From Takakia lepidozioides (taxonomy: Eukaryota > Plantae > Bryophyta), in NCBI GenBank assembly GCA_030704615.1, contig CM060733.1, positions 56,172,001 to 56,236,000 of the forward strand: DNA of 64,000 bases, read 5' to 3'. Positions 39,028-52,500 of the stretch are shown here, piece by piece. A program made the translations under genes and the position numbers. Within the stretch, counting starts at the first letter, position 1; every line of letters begins with the position of its first letter. The notes under the pieces were generated by a model. It saw nothing but the letters and a program-made list of their open reading frames with translations. It was not told where the DNA came from and did not search any database.

Positions 39028-39158
39028 GTAACTCCCACTACCGGAGTGAGCCCCTCACAAAGGTAGTGACTGTTCGCTCTTGTTCTGCCCAAACTGGGCG
39101 TGGGATCTATGGCCACAAGGCTACGGCAAACAATGTCTAATGAGTACATTCTCTCTTT
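39028..39158 (+). mobile_element. LINE 3'-end fragment
   Basis: ACTACCGGAGTGAGCCCCTCACAAAGGTAG...GGCCACAAGGCTACGGCAAAC...ATGAGTACATTCTCTCT. Confidence 0.85.
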
Positions 39159-42100
39159 GCTCTGCACTTTTTCCTGACACTGCAATCACAATTGCATGTG
39201 TTGTGTCTGGTGAAAGCTAGAGGGCTAGTGGAGCAGCACTGGCTCAACCTCATGCTTTTCTAGTATGTGGTCAATGCCTCATCACAGAATTCCTTGTACC
39301 TTGATGGTGGTTGACTGTGCCTCAGCCTACAGACGTTCTGGACTGTCTCAAATATCATGGTGGCCTGAAGCACCCAACCGGCTTTGAAGGGAGTCCTGCT
39401 GAAGTAGCAATTGCTGAGATCAACATCATGCTTTCTAAGATGATGTCAATGCTAGTCCTTCATTCAATACTCAATCCCTTGTACTCCAATTGTTTCAATG
39501 ACAGTGTGGGCAGCATCACAATTTGAGCCTACTTTTCAAAACTCTGGCCAGTTGAAATCCCATGACTAATCTGACAAGTTTAGTATCCAGTCTGATTAGT
39601 CCTTGCAAGGATATGGGGTAAACCACATGATTCCACATATTCTCTCTCTCCTCATCTCTCCGTCACACAAATATTTCGAGTTTCAAATTTAGCTATTAAT
39701 TCAGCAGACGAACTACTCTTTGGTAGGTAGGTGGGGTGTTTCCTCTGTAAATTGCAGGTTGACAATTCAGCTACTTTTCACAAGGGAAAGTATCTATCCA
39801 TCTTTTTGTGGAGAGACGGATATCTGAAGCAGACAAGGTGGACTATAGGTGTCCAGAGGTCCAGTTTGCAAGCACAAGTTCGAATGAGCATTGTGGGCAG
39901 CGCAGTTATTTACATCATGAACCTCTACCATGACAATGCTATTAATGGCGGACAAAGAGAGGGACTCCGGACGAACTGTTCTGGGCTATGTGCATGCGAG
40001 GACACTAGCAGGACAAATGAGAAGGGCGCTTCACATTTCGCAAAGAATGTGTGGTGCGTGATCTGAAACCTCTCCCATGAGGGATCAAACCTATGAACTG
40101 ATATTCCAAGCCAAAATCAAGTCAATCCCCTTTTAGCAGTAACTTGCACTCAATCGCACCTGTGGTCTTTCACAACACTCACGTCAGGAAATATGGGAGA
40201 AACTCACGAGTTTTGAGTCTGGAATCAAGCTCCTTCTGCAGCAGCAGCTTCTTCCGAAGCTCAGCAATTGCACGCACCCCCTCCACCTCCGCCATCTCCA
40301 CCTCCCTCTCTATCCCTCGAACTCTCTTGTCTCCAATCATCGTTGTGGCTTGTGCAGATGCTCATCCTTGTTTTTTGTCGATCGACTGTTAGATCGGAGC
40401 TTTGTATTGTTGGTTCAGCTTGATCAGCCCTCCGGGTGTCCTTTTGTATGTCTGTCTGGCTTCATTGAACAAGGGTAGCCTTCTTTGCTTCAATTGCTAC
40501 ATTATTGTGGGGCGAGGCTGTAAAAGGAGAGAATTTACATCGAGCGTCTTGTGAGCTACTGGATAGGTGCATCCTTACCAATCGTATACCCGAATTCTGT
40601 ATTTTGCAAGAGTTGGATCTCTACATTTTCTCGCTGGCTGTTCCTTTGTCGGACAATTCCTGCTTTTGCCTGCAAAGCTTTCACTTGGAATGATTGCAGC
40701 TGAGCTTTTTCTTCTGGAGGGATGTTGTCACTATCCCCTGGTGTTTACCACTGCACATCCAGCTACACACATCACTGACTTTGGCGGGGATAAACAGCCA
40801 GACAGAAAAAGGACTCAACGTGCTGGATGGGGTAACCACAATCTCCAGGTCCATGATAACTATGAACACTGAAAAGATGAAAATGTGGAGTATTCTAAAT
40901 GACAGTCTAACTTTGTGAAAGAAAGAGGGGGTGGAGATATAGGTGACTTCTAATTTCTAAGTACTTGTAGTTTATGCTGCTTTCCTTGCAAACAGGTGTG
41001 TGAGGATGATGCTCTGTATGTCCTCTTGATACTTGGGAGGATGTGGTAGAGATGGTTGACACTTAATAGATTAGCACAAGCGCTTCTGGAGGAGGCTGCT
41101 GGGGAGTGTGAAGGTCTGAAGCATCCCTTCTTTGTTATGGGCATTATCTTTCCAGGATTTGGACCCACCGATCTGTGAGGTTGAGTTCACAATTGTTGAA
41201 CCAGGTAAATTCAGCTCTAAGGTCCATGTGGCAGAGAAGTGAGATGAGATAAGGGATGGTGATTGTAGAAGTTGGCAGTTGTATTCACTTTGCATTGCCA
41301 GAGGTCTACCCTGTGTTGATTTCTACGAGGGCCTTTATTCTGACAGTTCTAAGTACTGTCTTAGCAAGGACCTGATTTAGAAATACGTTTGGTGTGTTGA
41401 CTGAAAGCATCGAAGATGTTGAACAAGTCAATGTACTTCACCTCTCCTTCATGTGCTGAATGTGGATACTTTGTATTACCCCAGCAAAGGAGGTAGCACA
41501 GGTTCGATTGCTACTACAGCACAAGATGTTTACGCCTCAGCAAATTTCGTTTGTGACATACCCATAAGGCATGGTCACCATGATAGCCACAAAATGCCAC
41601 ATCTACTTGAGCCATTTGTGGGGCTCAAGCCACAAGGGTGTATTACACCATCCTTACATTGCCATGGCAACTGCTATGAATCTGTGTGTGGGTCCGGGTG
41701 TGGGAGGGAGGGTTGGAGTTGTTTTGATTGAGGGTAACAAGCGCCTGGTTTTATGCTGCAGAAAAAAATCAGAGGTCAATCAACTGGGCCGACCGGGCAG
41801 AAGCAAAGAAGTGATATGCTCCTCTCCAGGCATATTCAAGGCGTTGGTAGCCTGTCTTTCTTGCTGAGTGTAGATGTAGGCTATGTGTACCATCCATTGA
41901 CATGCTTTGTGCGTTCTTCAGTGGCTTGGATGACATACATAATGAAGCTCCAGAAGTTTGTCCTACAGCGTCCTTCATCGGAGTATGGTTCAATGCACTC
42001 TCACAGACTTATATCAGTCTTACTTAGCATTCGAAGAAAGCACCGCATATCCCCATCGCTTATAGATAGGTTCTTTCCCGATGCTGAAGCCCCGGACCAC

Positions 42101-45100
42101 AGTGAAGTCCACAGTTTCACCACAGTTTTACCACCGAAGTCGTCGTATGTGATTCGTGTTCCACTGTTCGAAGATTGTTCTTTACAGGATGGCCAGAGAG
42201 TACGATAAGTTTGACCACTTCAAAGGTCTAATGGCACACAGCTTCCTAACACACGGATCCATTTTGTGACTTTTGGAACTCCCAAGACCGCCCACACATT
42301 GACAACTCCTTTCTTGAAACTGCCTACTTTTCATCCACGAGTTAGAGATCCGATTGTGTTTTGCTTCTTTTGCTCCGAGAATCCAAGTTAGTGTCTTTGT
42401 CATCTTCGTTCTCTCGATGCAATTCAACTGGCCATCTATTGGGGAAGTTGTCTTGAACTGAATTTGTCTGCTTCTTCAAGCATCTTCTTGCGACAGGTTA
42501 GGTTAGACTGTAGGGTAGCACCAACTACCCGACATGGTCTTCGCTGACCATCTGGTGTGGCCGCAGAGTCTTCCCCTGAATTTTGGTGCAAATTGGCCAA
42601 GTTCAGATATGACATCATATCTATATAGTACGTGGGCCAGATTTTGCGCAGTATTTCTACGGGCTGCCTCATGCTAAGCTTGACGGAGGTATCCCTGGAA
42701 GTTGCATCTATCCGAGCTAAGGTGACTCATCCATCACAAGCAACAGGAGCCTCGCAGCAATACTGCCTCCTGCCTTTGCTATTTCAAACTTCCATCTCCA
42801 TGACCCATTTTGTCTCATCTCTCATACTTTGAGCCGGGCTCTTAGCAAAACCTGCATCCAAAAAAACACAACAAAACTTGCCGTTTATAGATTCAACAAC
42901 TACAACTCTGCCAGCCTCTCTCCACAAAGTTATGGACCTGAACTTCACCACCCAACAATCCCACGCGCTTGAAAATACTAGGCTTGTGACCCGGTAACAA
43001 GTTTCAGGTTCCTCATCTGCAGAGCGGAGCAGATGATGAATTCGCCAAAGATGTTCTTCAGTACGGGGAAGCTTTCGGGAAGTTGGGTGGTGCAGATATT
43101 TTCCATCTGCTTTAGGTCTTCCTTTAGATCTTCCAGTTAGAGTGCTTTAGGAATATTCTTACTGTGACCAGCCTGTAGGTAATTAAAGAAGTATGAACGG
43201 CGCCATTAGTACTGGTACTCTTCTCAATCAGTCCATCTTTCTCTATGCACCCAGTTGAGAACCGGCGTTTGATCCGATGCTGGAGCTGCAAATTTTGCAT
43301 TTCGCAACCTTGTCAGTCAAACTGGCTCGGAAAGTCGTTGGTGGGTTCCATTGGGCAGAAGCCTGCTACCACTGACACGATGACTAGTAAGCTTAGCTTA
43401 GGACTAACATAAACGACGTAAAGTGGGCTTAATCTGCTTTGTTTCTTACAGTCACCCATATTTTCTGGCCTGTCCCTGTGCATCACTCCAGCCACTTTTG
43501 TAGCTTTTGTTTTAGTCCAGGCAGTGGAACAGTTGATGTGTTACATTCAAGCAGCCGTCATACTTGTGGGCAGTACTTGTGGTGAAATAGTTGAGTGAAC
43601 AAGAACAACTCACCGTCCCACTCCTGTACCCCACTTGTATAGGTAGTGACACCAGTCCTCACTTACCAATGAGTAAGACAGCAATGGCTAACCTGGATTT
43701 GCCAGTGAGCAGCGCCTGCTCATGAGACTGGAAGAATGGGACTTGTGGAGCGAAAATTCTGCGGTCAGTCCAATTTTTACGTGCCTCTCCTATTTCTACC
43801 AGGCTTACTAAATGTAGGGGCAGCAGCGCAAAGATAGGAAGGATGCACGCCTCCCCCTGTAGTTACCTCGAGTCTGTTACACAATGTGATGACCGCGGGT
43901 TAAGATCTTGTTAACTGGTTGCGAATGTCCTGCAAACTGAACGTAAGACACAACAGTACAGTAGGTAGCTCCTCCAATTAAGTAGAGATTAGGTGCTGCA
44001 CTTTATTAGGAACACGATCCGACATTTTTGGTTAGAAAAAACGAAGTTGGGCTGGACGGAGTGAGCTTCCCAAGGATTGTAAGGGATAATCTGGGAAGTG
44101 TGGACGATGGAGGCCCCCAATTCAGTGCGGGCATGGTGGCCCAGGTCCTCTGCACTCATCATGCCTCCCGTGCCAATGCGTTATTACCCAGCGCTCCAGC
44201 TTCATCAGCCCACGTCCCCCTTAAGCGAGATCCAATGCAAGGATGCCACGTGGCCACCCACCTCAGGTTGGGGCGCCATTGTCCTGCGGCTCAATCCCTG
44301 CCGTGTGGCCCCCTGCGGTCATCCTTTCTGTCTTGCCTTCCATCCCACGTTCCTGTCCTTTTCTCTCTCATTTTCAAGGTCTCTGCCATCTCTGCCCTCT
44401 GTTCCCATGACCACCGTAGCCACTCATATCGTCCCTTGATTTTCCCCAACTTCCCCGTTCAATAGAGAGGCAGAAACCAGGATTTTTCGTCCCCGTATGT
44501 CTTCTGGATTTTCTGGGTTTACCGGGGATCTCGTTGTGCTCGAATTTGCATACCCGAACCAGGCTCCCCCAAAAACCTATTGGGTTTTTGGTTTTTGTAC
44601 GTACATCAATCTTTACTATACCCTCAGTTACCTGGAAATCCCTAGACCACCGAACCCATTTGGGGGTTCTTGCTGTCGCTGTGTTCTCTCTCCTTTCTCT
44701 GCCCAGCTTTCCCCTCTCCCCGAAGTTCTGCAGTGAAAGATTTTACATTTGTAAAATGTAGACCCTTCTACCTGCACCCAGCCATTCTCTCTTTCCCCCG
44801 GTTCCATTAATCCCCTTGGTGGTACGGACACCTCTAGGTCTTCCAGCTGACAGAAGGCGGCTGGGAGCTGCAGTGCGGAATTTGGAGACCGTCATCGGTT
44901 TTGCAAGCATTTTTTATGACGGGAGTTGCCAGGCGGAGCCGCATTTGGGCAGCATTTTTTCATCAAAAGGTAGGGTGACGATGCACTTTCTGGAAGTAGT
45001 CAATTTGTTGATGTCAGTTCAGTTGGTCGCATGGCACTCGAACTGTATCGGTAACTTGGGTTGCTATCATTCGACCCTCTTACCAGGGTTTCCGAATATG

Positions 45101-46508
45101 TTGTTGTTGGGACGAGACGCCAGCACATGGTAGCAGATTTTGTACTGTCACTTGAAGAGTTGCACAGATTGCAGCATAAACTTGAACTCGCACTATATTA
45201 GAGCTGAAAGTAGGGTATGTTAGATTTAGCAGCCACTTTCTTTGTCTATGGATCATAAGACAACACTACCACATGGGTGCAAAAATCACCTTGGCTGCTT
45301 ATACATGCAACTTCACAAAAAGGTTTTGGGGAAGGGGGTTGGGAGGGGGGGGGCGCAGCGTGGGGTGGTGTTGGCTTTAGACACAAGTTTGTTCATTTCC
45401 CTGGTCTTTAACACATGCATGTCTCATCATTTAGGGATAAGAAATGTGGCCAAAACCTAGGATTAGGCTTGCCATTCCTGCAAGTAATTGGCAACATGCA
45501 CCCTGAAGTTGAAGAACAACCTGTACCTGGAGCTATAACCACCTGTATGTTTTGCAGTTGCCTCCCCTTCTTTGGTGGGGTGGGTGGAACCTGCCTTTGT
45601 GACCCACCAACTAATCCTGGTTAAGCTGGTGCTGCACGAGGTTCTTCTTGCCTTTACCTTGGGCAAGGAAGAGTCACCTTTCACTTACTTTTCTTGAGAC
45701 ATTCCAGCTTGAATGTGCCAAGGATAAAGTCTCAGATATGGCCACATTTGTTGCTTTGTGTCATGGTTATACCTGCCAAAGAAACTCCTGACACGTAATG
45801 ACCATTTTTATTGGTGCTGGAGTTAATTGAACCTACTTTTGACTGTTGGTGCTATAGATCATCCTGTTCTACCTGATGATCAGTGTATGCCTCTGGATAT
45901 AAAACCTTCTTTGGCTTGGTGGGGTCACTAGGGTGCATTTTTCACTTTAAATTTGTTATTTCTGGAACTGAGGGGCCAGGCTCCACTCTCTCCACCATCC
46001 CAGTACATCCATCATCAAGAATACTAGGTTATGCTGGGTTCTACAAAACCTGCTGAGGTGGAGTGACTGCTGGAGCGCGGCGCATTGATGGACCTCTGTT
46101 TGGTGTGGGTCGGTAACAGCCACCTTTGAAAGCCACCTCTGCAGCATCAGGCAAGAGTTTCTAGGTTTTGGGTACTTCATTCCGTTTCATCGATAACTCG
46201 GCCAAACACTCCCTGTAATGAGGAACACTCCCTGGCAGTGATGTCATGAGGAGCTGCATTTGGTTGCATCTTCCATTCAACCACATGGAGTTGTATGAAC
46301 AGATCAAAAGATTCATTTGCACCTGGCCCTAATATATGTGGTAATTTTGTTCAAACCAGGTATCCATCTGCTCAAATTGAAGAAGACATGCAGCAATGAA
46401 AGGACAGTGATCTTGAGGACCTAGGTCTTATGTTATATGAGCCCTAGACTTTCTGGTGATGATCACTTGTAACTGGTGAAGAATCTTATTGGCACTAGCT
46501 CAACAAGG

Positions 46509-49500
46509 ATGGAGGCACTTGAGAAATCAAGTGAAAATCACGAGAGGTCTGGTAATCACAGTGGGAGCAAGGGAAGTCCTAGTCGGGGCTCGGCAGCCTC
46601 CCATCCTCCAGTAAGACTCCGCATCAAGCTACCGGCCTCTCCCCCATCCTCGGCCAGCCTGCCTCTCCAAGGGGGGGGGACTAGCAGCAGTGCACCTTCT
46701 TCCTCTGTGAAAACTGAGCATGCAATCTCACATTCAAGCGATCAGAAGTCTAGTGGCACAGACCCACTTTCTCCGCCATCACAACTCCAAAATGCTTCTC
46801 TAAAGGATCTGCGGGTATGTTCTTCGGAAATTTTTTTTGCCATCCTTTATAGCACTTGATTTCAAATGAGCTTTGGCCGAGTCGCCAACAATTGTTAAAG
46901 AGGTTTCACATTTAAAGATGGCTTAGTTCCTGTGAGAGGGAGAGAGAGAATGTACTCATAAGACGTCGTTTGCCATAGCCTTGTAGCCATTGACCCTGCG
47001 CCCAGTTCGAGCGGAACACAAAGGGATAGAAACTACCTTTGTCAGGGGCTGACACCGGTAGTGTGACTTCCTTTGAAACATTGAAGGAAGTCCCTTGACG
47101 TGGGTCTGGAATCTGATGGCAAAAAACTTGCATAGTTCAATGGAGTTAGCTCCATAGAAATTGGGCACAGGATGACAAGACTGCATTCAGAATCATTGCA
47201 GATATGCAGTGATATTTTTTGTAGATGAGGAAATTCAACCTAAAATGACGTTGGGTTACATATGTGGAGTGCCAGAAGATATTTGAGGCCAAGTTTGGGG
47301 CGAGCACCACATCAAACAACAGCAAGTGGATAAAACGCAAATTGGCAGGCCAATTGGGTGAGTTTATTCCACAGTCCAGGGAATCTTTCTGTCTCCACTG
47401 ATGTTGAAAGGACTAAAATGTATTGTGATTTGTGGGGCAGGAAAGGAAATTGGATGGTACTTGAATGTCCACATGAGTGTAGAAGCATGACAGTGAATGA
47501 CGGTGAATGTTATACCAGGGTTTTTAAATCAATTGGGGTGCTAGAAGCTCAAGTTCACATGCTACAGTAGGTCCTTAATCCTAGGAAAGCAAGGGCTGGA
47601 ATTCTTCTTCAAAGTCAAGTGGAGCCTTCTATCCGTATTTCCAGTTCATTGGATCCTCTGTCCTAATCACGGCATGAAGCTCCTCTGAGTGGATACAGAT
47701 GGACAAACCATCTAGAGGATGACAGAGATCTAGTGAGGGTACCTACTCAAGGCTTTAACAGGTATTGCGGTGATGCTTCTCATTCTGTCATCTATAAGAG
47801 AGTGAAATGATGGCTGCCGATTCTTCCCTTTTAAAAGTGACCCTCCCTTGGCTTATGATAAATATGGGTACAGAATGATCATCTGTAAGATATAGACCCC
47901 GGATGCCCATACAGTGGTACCTGCAAAGCCTGAAGATGTTTGCCACTTGACTCTCACGCATGGTTTCCATGAGTTCTGACACAACTGTTGTCTTTTTGCA
48001 TCTGGCGATGGGAAAGCAAAGTGAAACATATGTGCAGATGTGCAGAAGTGGTGAAAGGGTCATATTCAGGCAGATTTTGCTGACAGAATTTGGACTTGAG
48101 AGAGTTCTTTGTCCGTTTGTGCCTGCAGATCACTAATTTAGGAATGTGCCTTTTCTTTGTGCAACCATGGAGGCATAATGTTGCTTTACTCAAGGAACAT
48201 CCAAAATCTTGTCTGTGTAGTCCACAACTGATGTCAGTCATTTGAACTTGTCTTGCTCGTTTGTTATCAGGTCCGTTGCGCCTGCGGAAAGCAAGTACAG
48301 AGCAGGACGTCGTGGTTGAAAGTTCTCCAACAGAAACAAGACGGTAAGTGTATACTGTTATAAATTAACAATGTTAATTGATATGTACCTGTAGGTCCAT
48401 GCAGTTTTACCACTTGCTGCATGTTTGTTTTCGAAAAATAATGTGTAAGCACCAAGTGAACTATACATGGGGGTGTCACTTCTGTAAGAATGGAACTCTT
48501 GTTATCTTTTTGGCAGTTTGCTTGGATGTAATACTGTGGGTTCATGAAGGATTGTGCCTGGCCAGCTATGTGCTGCATAAAACCCTATGTCGGCTGACAA
48601 CAGTCGCAAGTTGCTTGTAAACCGGGCACTGTATGTTTTGGCTGCTGGTCAGACTCACATCTCTACCTTTTCAATGTTTATGGATCAGGAGTCTGGGTGA
48701 TGCCCTCGGACTGGAGTTGGAAGATCAGAGGACTGATGATGAACTGGAAGTTCCAGCTCCTATGAAAAAGCTGCGGAGTGGTCGGAAAGCTGGGGGTGCA
48801 AATTTATGGACAAGTGCGGCAGTAGAGATTCGGAGAATTGTTCTCAAGAAGAACCGAAACCGACCCTTCCCTCCACAGACACTTGTGTGGGCGAAACTGG
48901 AAGGTCGACCCTGGTGGCCTGCACGTGTATGTTCCCAACCCCTCATTGCCAATCAAACTTTTGCACAATCCGGGATGGGCTGTTGAAGTCTTTAGCTCTG
49001 GTGCAGAGTAGGTTTGTACAGGACATATCAATACCTTGGGCCAAATCAGTTTAGCCACAGGATTTAGTTGTCTTCGTAGTAGATTGATATTCAAGCAAAC
49101 TCTTGAATGTTTATTCCAGTGCTTGGTGATGAATGCTGAATGACGTGTGGATTTTCTCAGGTGGTCAGTCTGGAGGAGCTCCGGGATGAAGTTTTAGAGT
49201 GAGTCTATCACCATTACTGTCATTTTGTATTATGGTGATATCATCGTTTTGAAGATTCCTGGTTGTCCAATTTGTCAGTTTAACAAGTGATGTGGTCTCG
49301 TGATCTCTTACAGGAAGAAGATGGTGGGGTGGACGTGTGTAAAATTGTATGGGCCATCAACATCTGACAGCCAACCTTTGTAAGTCTGGGTATCTTGACA
49401 ATTGTATATATCAATGCACAGGTAAACATGTGCTTTATTCCTCACTCCCCGTGGGGGTTGTGTTCAACCCTTGAGGACACCTTCAGCAAGATACTACCTA

Positions 49501-52500
49501 TCTTCTAGCCAATGAGGATAATTACAGCCTGAATTGCCAAGCGTGCACTTATTTTTCATCAATTTGAGAATATGGAAATTGTAGTTGGTGTAAGGTGGTG
49601 TCTGAATGTAGATTGGTTGATGTGCAGTGCCTGGGTGAAGCGAGAAAATTTGACTTCATACAGAAAGTACCAAGAAGAGAACAGCAGACAGGTTGGCTGT
49701 CGACCCTATATAAAAGAATTCTAATCTCAGCAATGTATCGAATCATTTTTTATGAAGCAACATGTTTGGGTAAATTTTTTCTCGAGCACTTGTGAGTGCT
49801 GAGCTCCCCTAGGCTGTCTTGTGAATTAGGTGAGTTTTTGGAATTTACTCTCAGGCTTTTGAGAGTAAGTTTCCTGGGGAATATAGTTCAGCTTTAGCTA
49901 CAATTTGGTATTAACATTGGGCAGCCAGCCTACAGTAGATTTCCTTTTGGAGGAAGTGGGGGATAGAGTCTCTTCAAGCAGGATTCAGAAACATTTGGTG
50001 CTCAAGGACTTGTAGGCTCGCTTGTGAGCTGGATGAAATCTGAGTGACATTTGATGAGGATAAGCTTGTGTAATGGACGATATTGAGAAACATAAACCAG
50101 TCATTTCTTCTTTTCAAGAAGATAAACAAATCGTTGATCTCTCTTGCACCTCTTCTTTACTGAGGTGAACCTGGATCTTGGGACTTTTGATACGCAGAAC
50201 ATTTCAGACACTTTTGAGGCTGGCAATTTTGAGGTAGCTTTAAATGAGGTAATCGAAGAATTACGTCGTCGGCGTGCTGTGGAAGGCAGTCCCAGTGTTA
50301 AAGTATCATCTCAACATGAAGATGAGAGGGAATTTTCTGCAGACATCCAATCATCATCACCTGCAGCTACTGATGAAGAGGGCATTGACTGCCACTCAAT
50401 GTTAGTCAAAGAGAGGCCTGACTCATCAAGCAAGAAACAATTGAAGCATAGGGCAGAGATTGTGCAAGGGAAGCTGAAGCAAATGCGATTGAAGTCAGTG
50501 CATGGGAAGGATGAAGAGTTGAATGCTGGATGTTTGTTGTTGCAAACCAAAGGTAGGGGAGAGGACAAGAATATTAAGATGCAATTCAAGAGAAGGGAAA
50601 TGGAGAGGACTCACAAGCGAAAAAGGCCGGGCCATCAGGGTGCTGGTAAACAAGAGATGAGCTTGACTGCAACCAATGGCGAGGAGCAATTTCATGGAGC
50701 TTATCTGGAATCACCATCAAAAAAGTCGACGAGTGTACCTGGACGTCATCGGCAAGGTTTGGGGAAGAAGTTCAAGAAACATGCTTCAAGGTCTTTATAC
50801 AGAGATACGATGGGCAGTGATGGTTCGCCACGAGAAAAGAGGACAGGGGAGGATGGGGTGAGCTTCATTTCCTGTTTTTAGCATATTTTGAGGTGTTGTC
50901 ATCTTAAAGGTAAGGGTTGGTTTCATGCTTCCGAAGGGGGACTATAATGAGAGAGATCTTTGGTGTTCAGTAAATTTTGGGATTTCTTCAAGAGAGGACC
51001 TTCACATTGTACCCAATGCTGGTTGCGGGTCAGTGTTACAGATGGAGATCAAGGGTTGTGTGGTAACAGGGTGAGTTCATCTGTTATGGGTCTGTGGGGA
51101 TGGGGTGCAGTATTACTTTGACTGTGAGGTGTGTGGTATCGGCGGAAATCTGCTTTGCTGTGACTTGTGCCCCCGTGTGTACCATTTGCAATGCCTGATC
51201 CCACCTCTTAAGGTATTACCTTCGGACTACTTTTTGTGACGTTGTTTCTTCTCTATGACTCCACATTGTTATTATCTTCCTGGAAATCTCAGGATGTAAA
51301 GTGAGAATTGACTGTACTCACCCAGGTTTGTCCCACTGCTGGAGTGAACCTTCAGCGATGGTAGTGTCCAGTTCTGCTGTCCAGTGACCCTGCACTCAGC
51401 TAGAAAGAGCAGCAAACAGGCAGAGATGGGCGAGAAGAGAGTTCTGCTACAAACCATGTGGAATGAATCGCTCTCTCTCTCTCAGAGGCAGAGAGGAAAA
51501 GGAGATAGTGATAGCCCAATGTGCGGGCAACCGGGAGACAATATCCATTTTCTGGGGTATTCCCACCAGACAGTGACCCTCTTCAGGAACATCAAGAACA
51601 TGGTTCCTGCTCCTCTGTTCACCAACTTTCAAAATGTGGAGGCTTGGGCTGCTCACACACGGGAGATTGACGCTTGTTTGAAGGGCTTTCTAGAGGATTC
51701 TTGAAAGCCCTAACTAGTTGTTTTATATCAAGGTAAGTCATACTACTGGAGTGAGCCCCTCACAAAGGTAGTGTCTATTCCCTATGTCTCTGCCCACACT
51801 GGGCGGGGTCTGTTGCCACAAGGCTACGACAAACAAAATCTTATGAGTACATTCTCTCTCTCCAACATGGGTGAGGACCTTAAGGATGAGCTGAAGGGCC
51901 TACCTACCCTCAGCGCTAGACTGAAAGTTAAACTTAGGGCACAATAAAGAGATGCAGAGAGGAAAGGGAGATTTTCAAGGCCCGATGTGTGGGCGGCCTG
52001 AAGACAATGTCCTGTTACATTGTCTGGGGTATTCTCATCAGAAGGCAACACCATCAAGAACATAGTCCCTGCACATCTGTTCACCAACTTTCAAAATCTC
52101 GATGCTGAGCTTAAATCCCCAACCCCGTTGGGGTCTAATTGCTGGGCAGCTTACAGACAGCAGATTGATGCTTGTGTGAAGGGATTTCTAGAGGAAATCT
52201 GGAAAGCCCAAACCAATATACCAAGGTAATCCCCACTACTGGAGGGAGCCCCTCACAAATGTAGTGTCTTCCCTCTTGTTCTGTCCAAACTGGGCACGGG
52301 GTCTATGGCCACAAGGCTACGGCAAATACCGTCTCATGAGTACATTCTGTCTCTCTCCTCTTTGCATGAAGCACTTTTGTCTTCAGGTGTCTTTTGATGT
52401 GTTTTGTTTTGTTCTCCTGCTTGCTCGCAAGGTCCCACAGTTCTTCACGGTCTCTCTCTCTGTCCTTTGTATTATAGTTAGAGAGAGACACTACAGTCAC

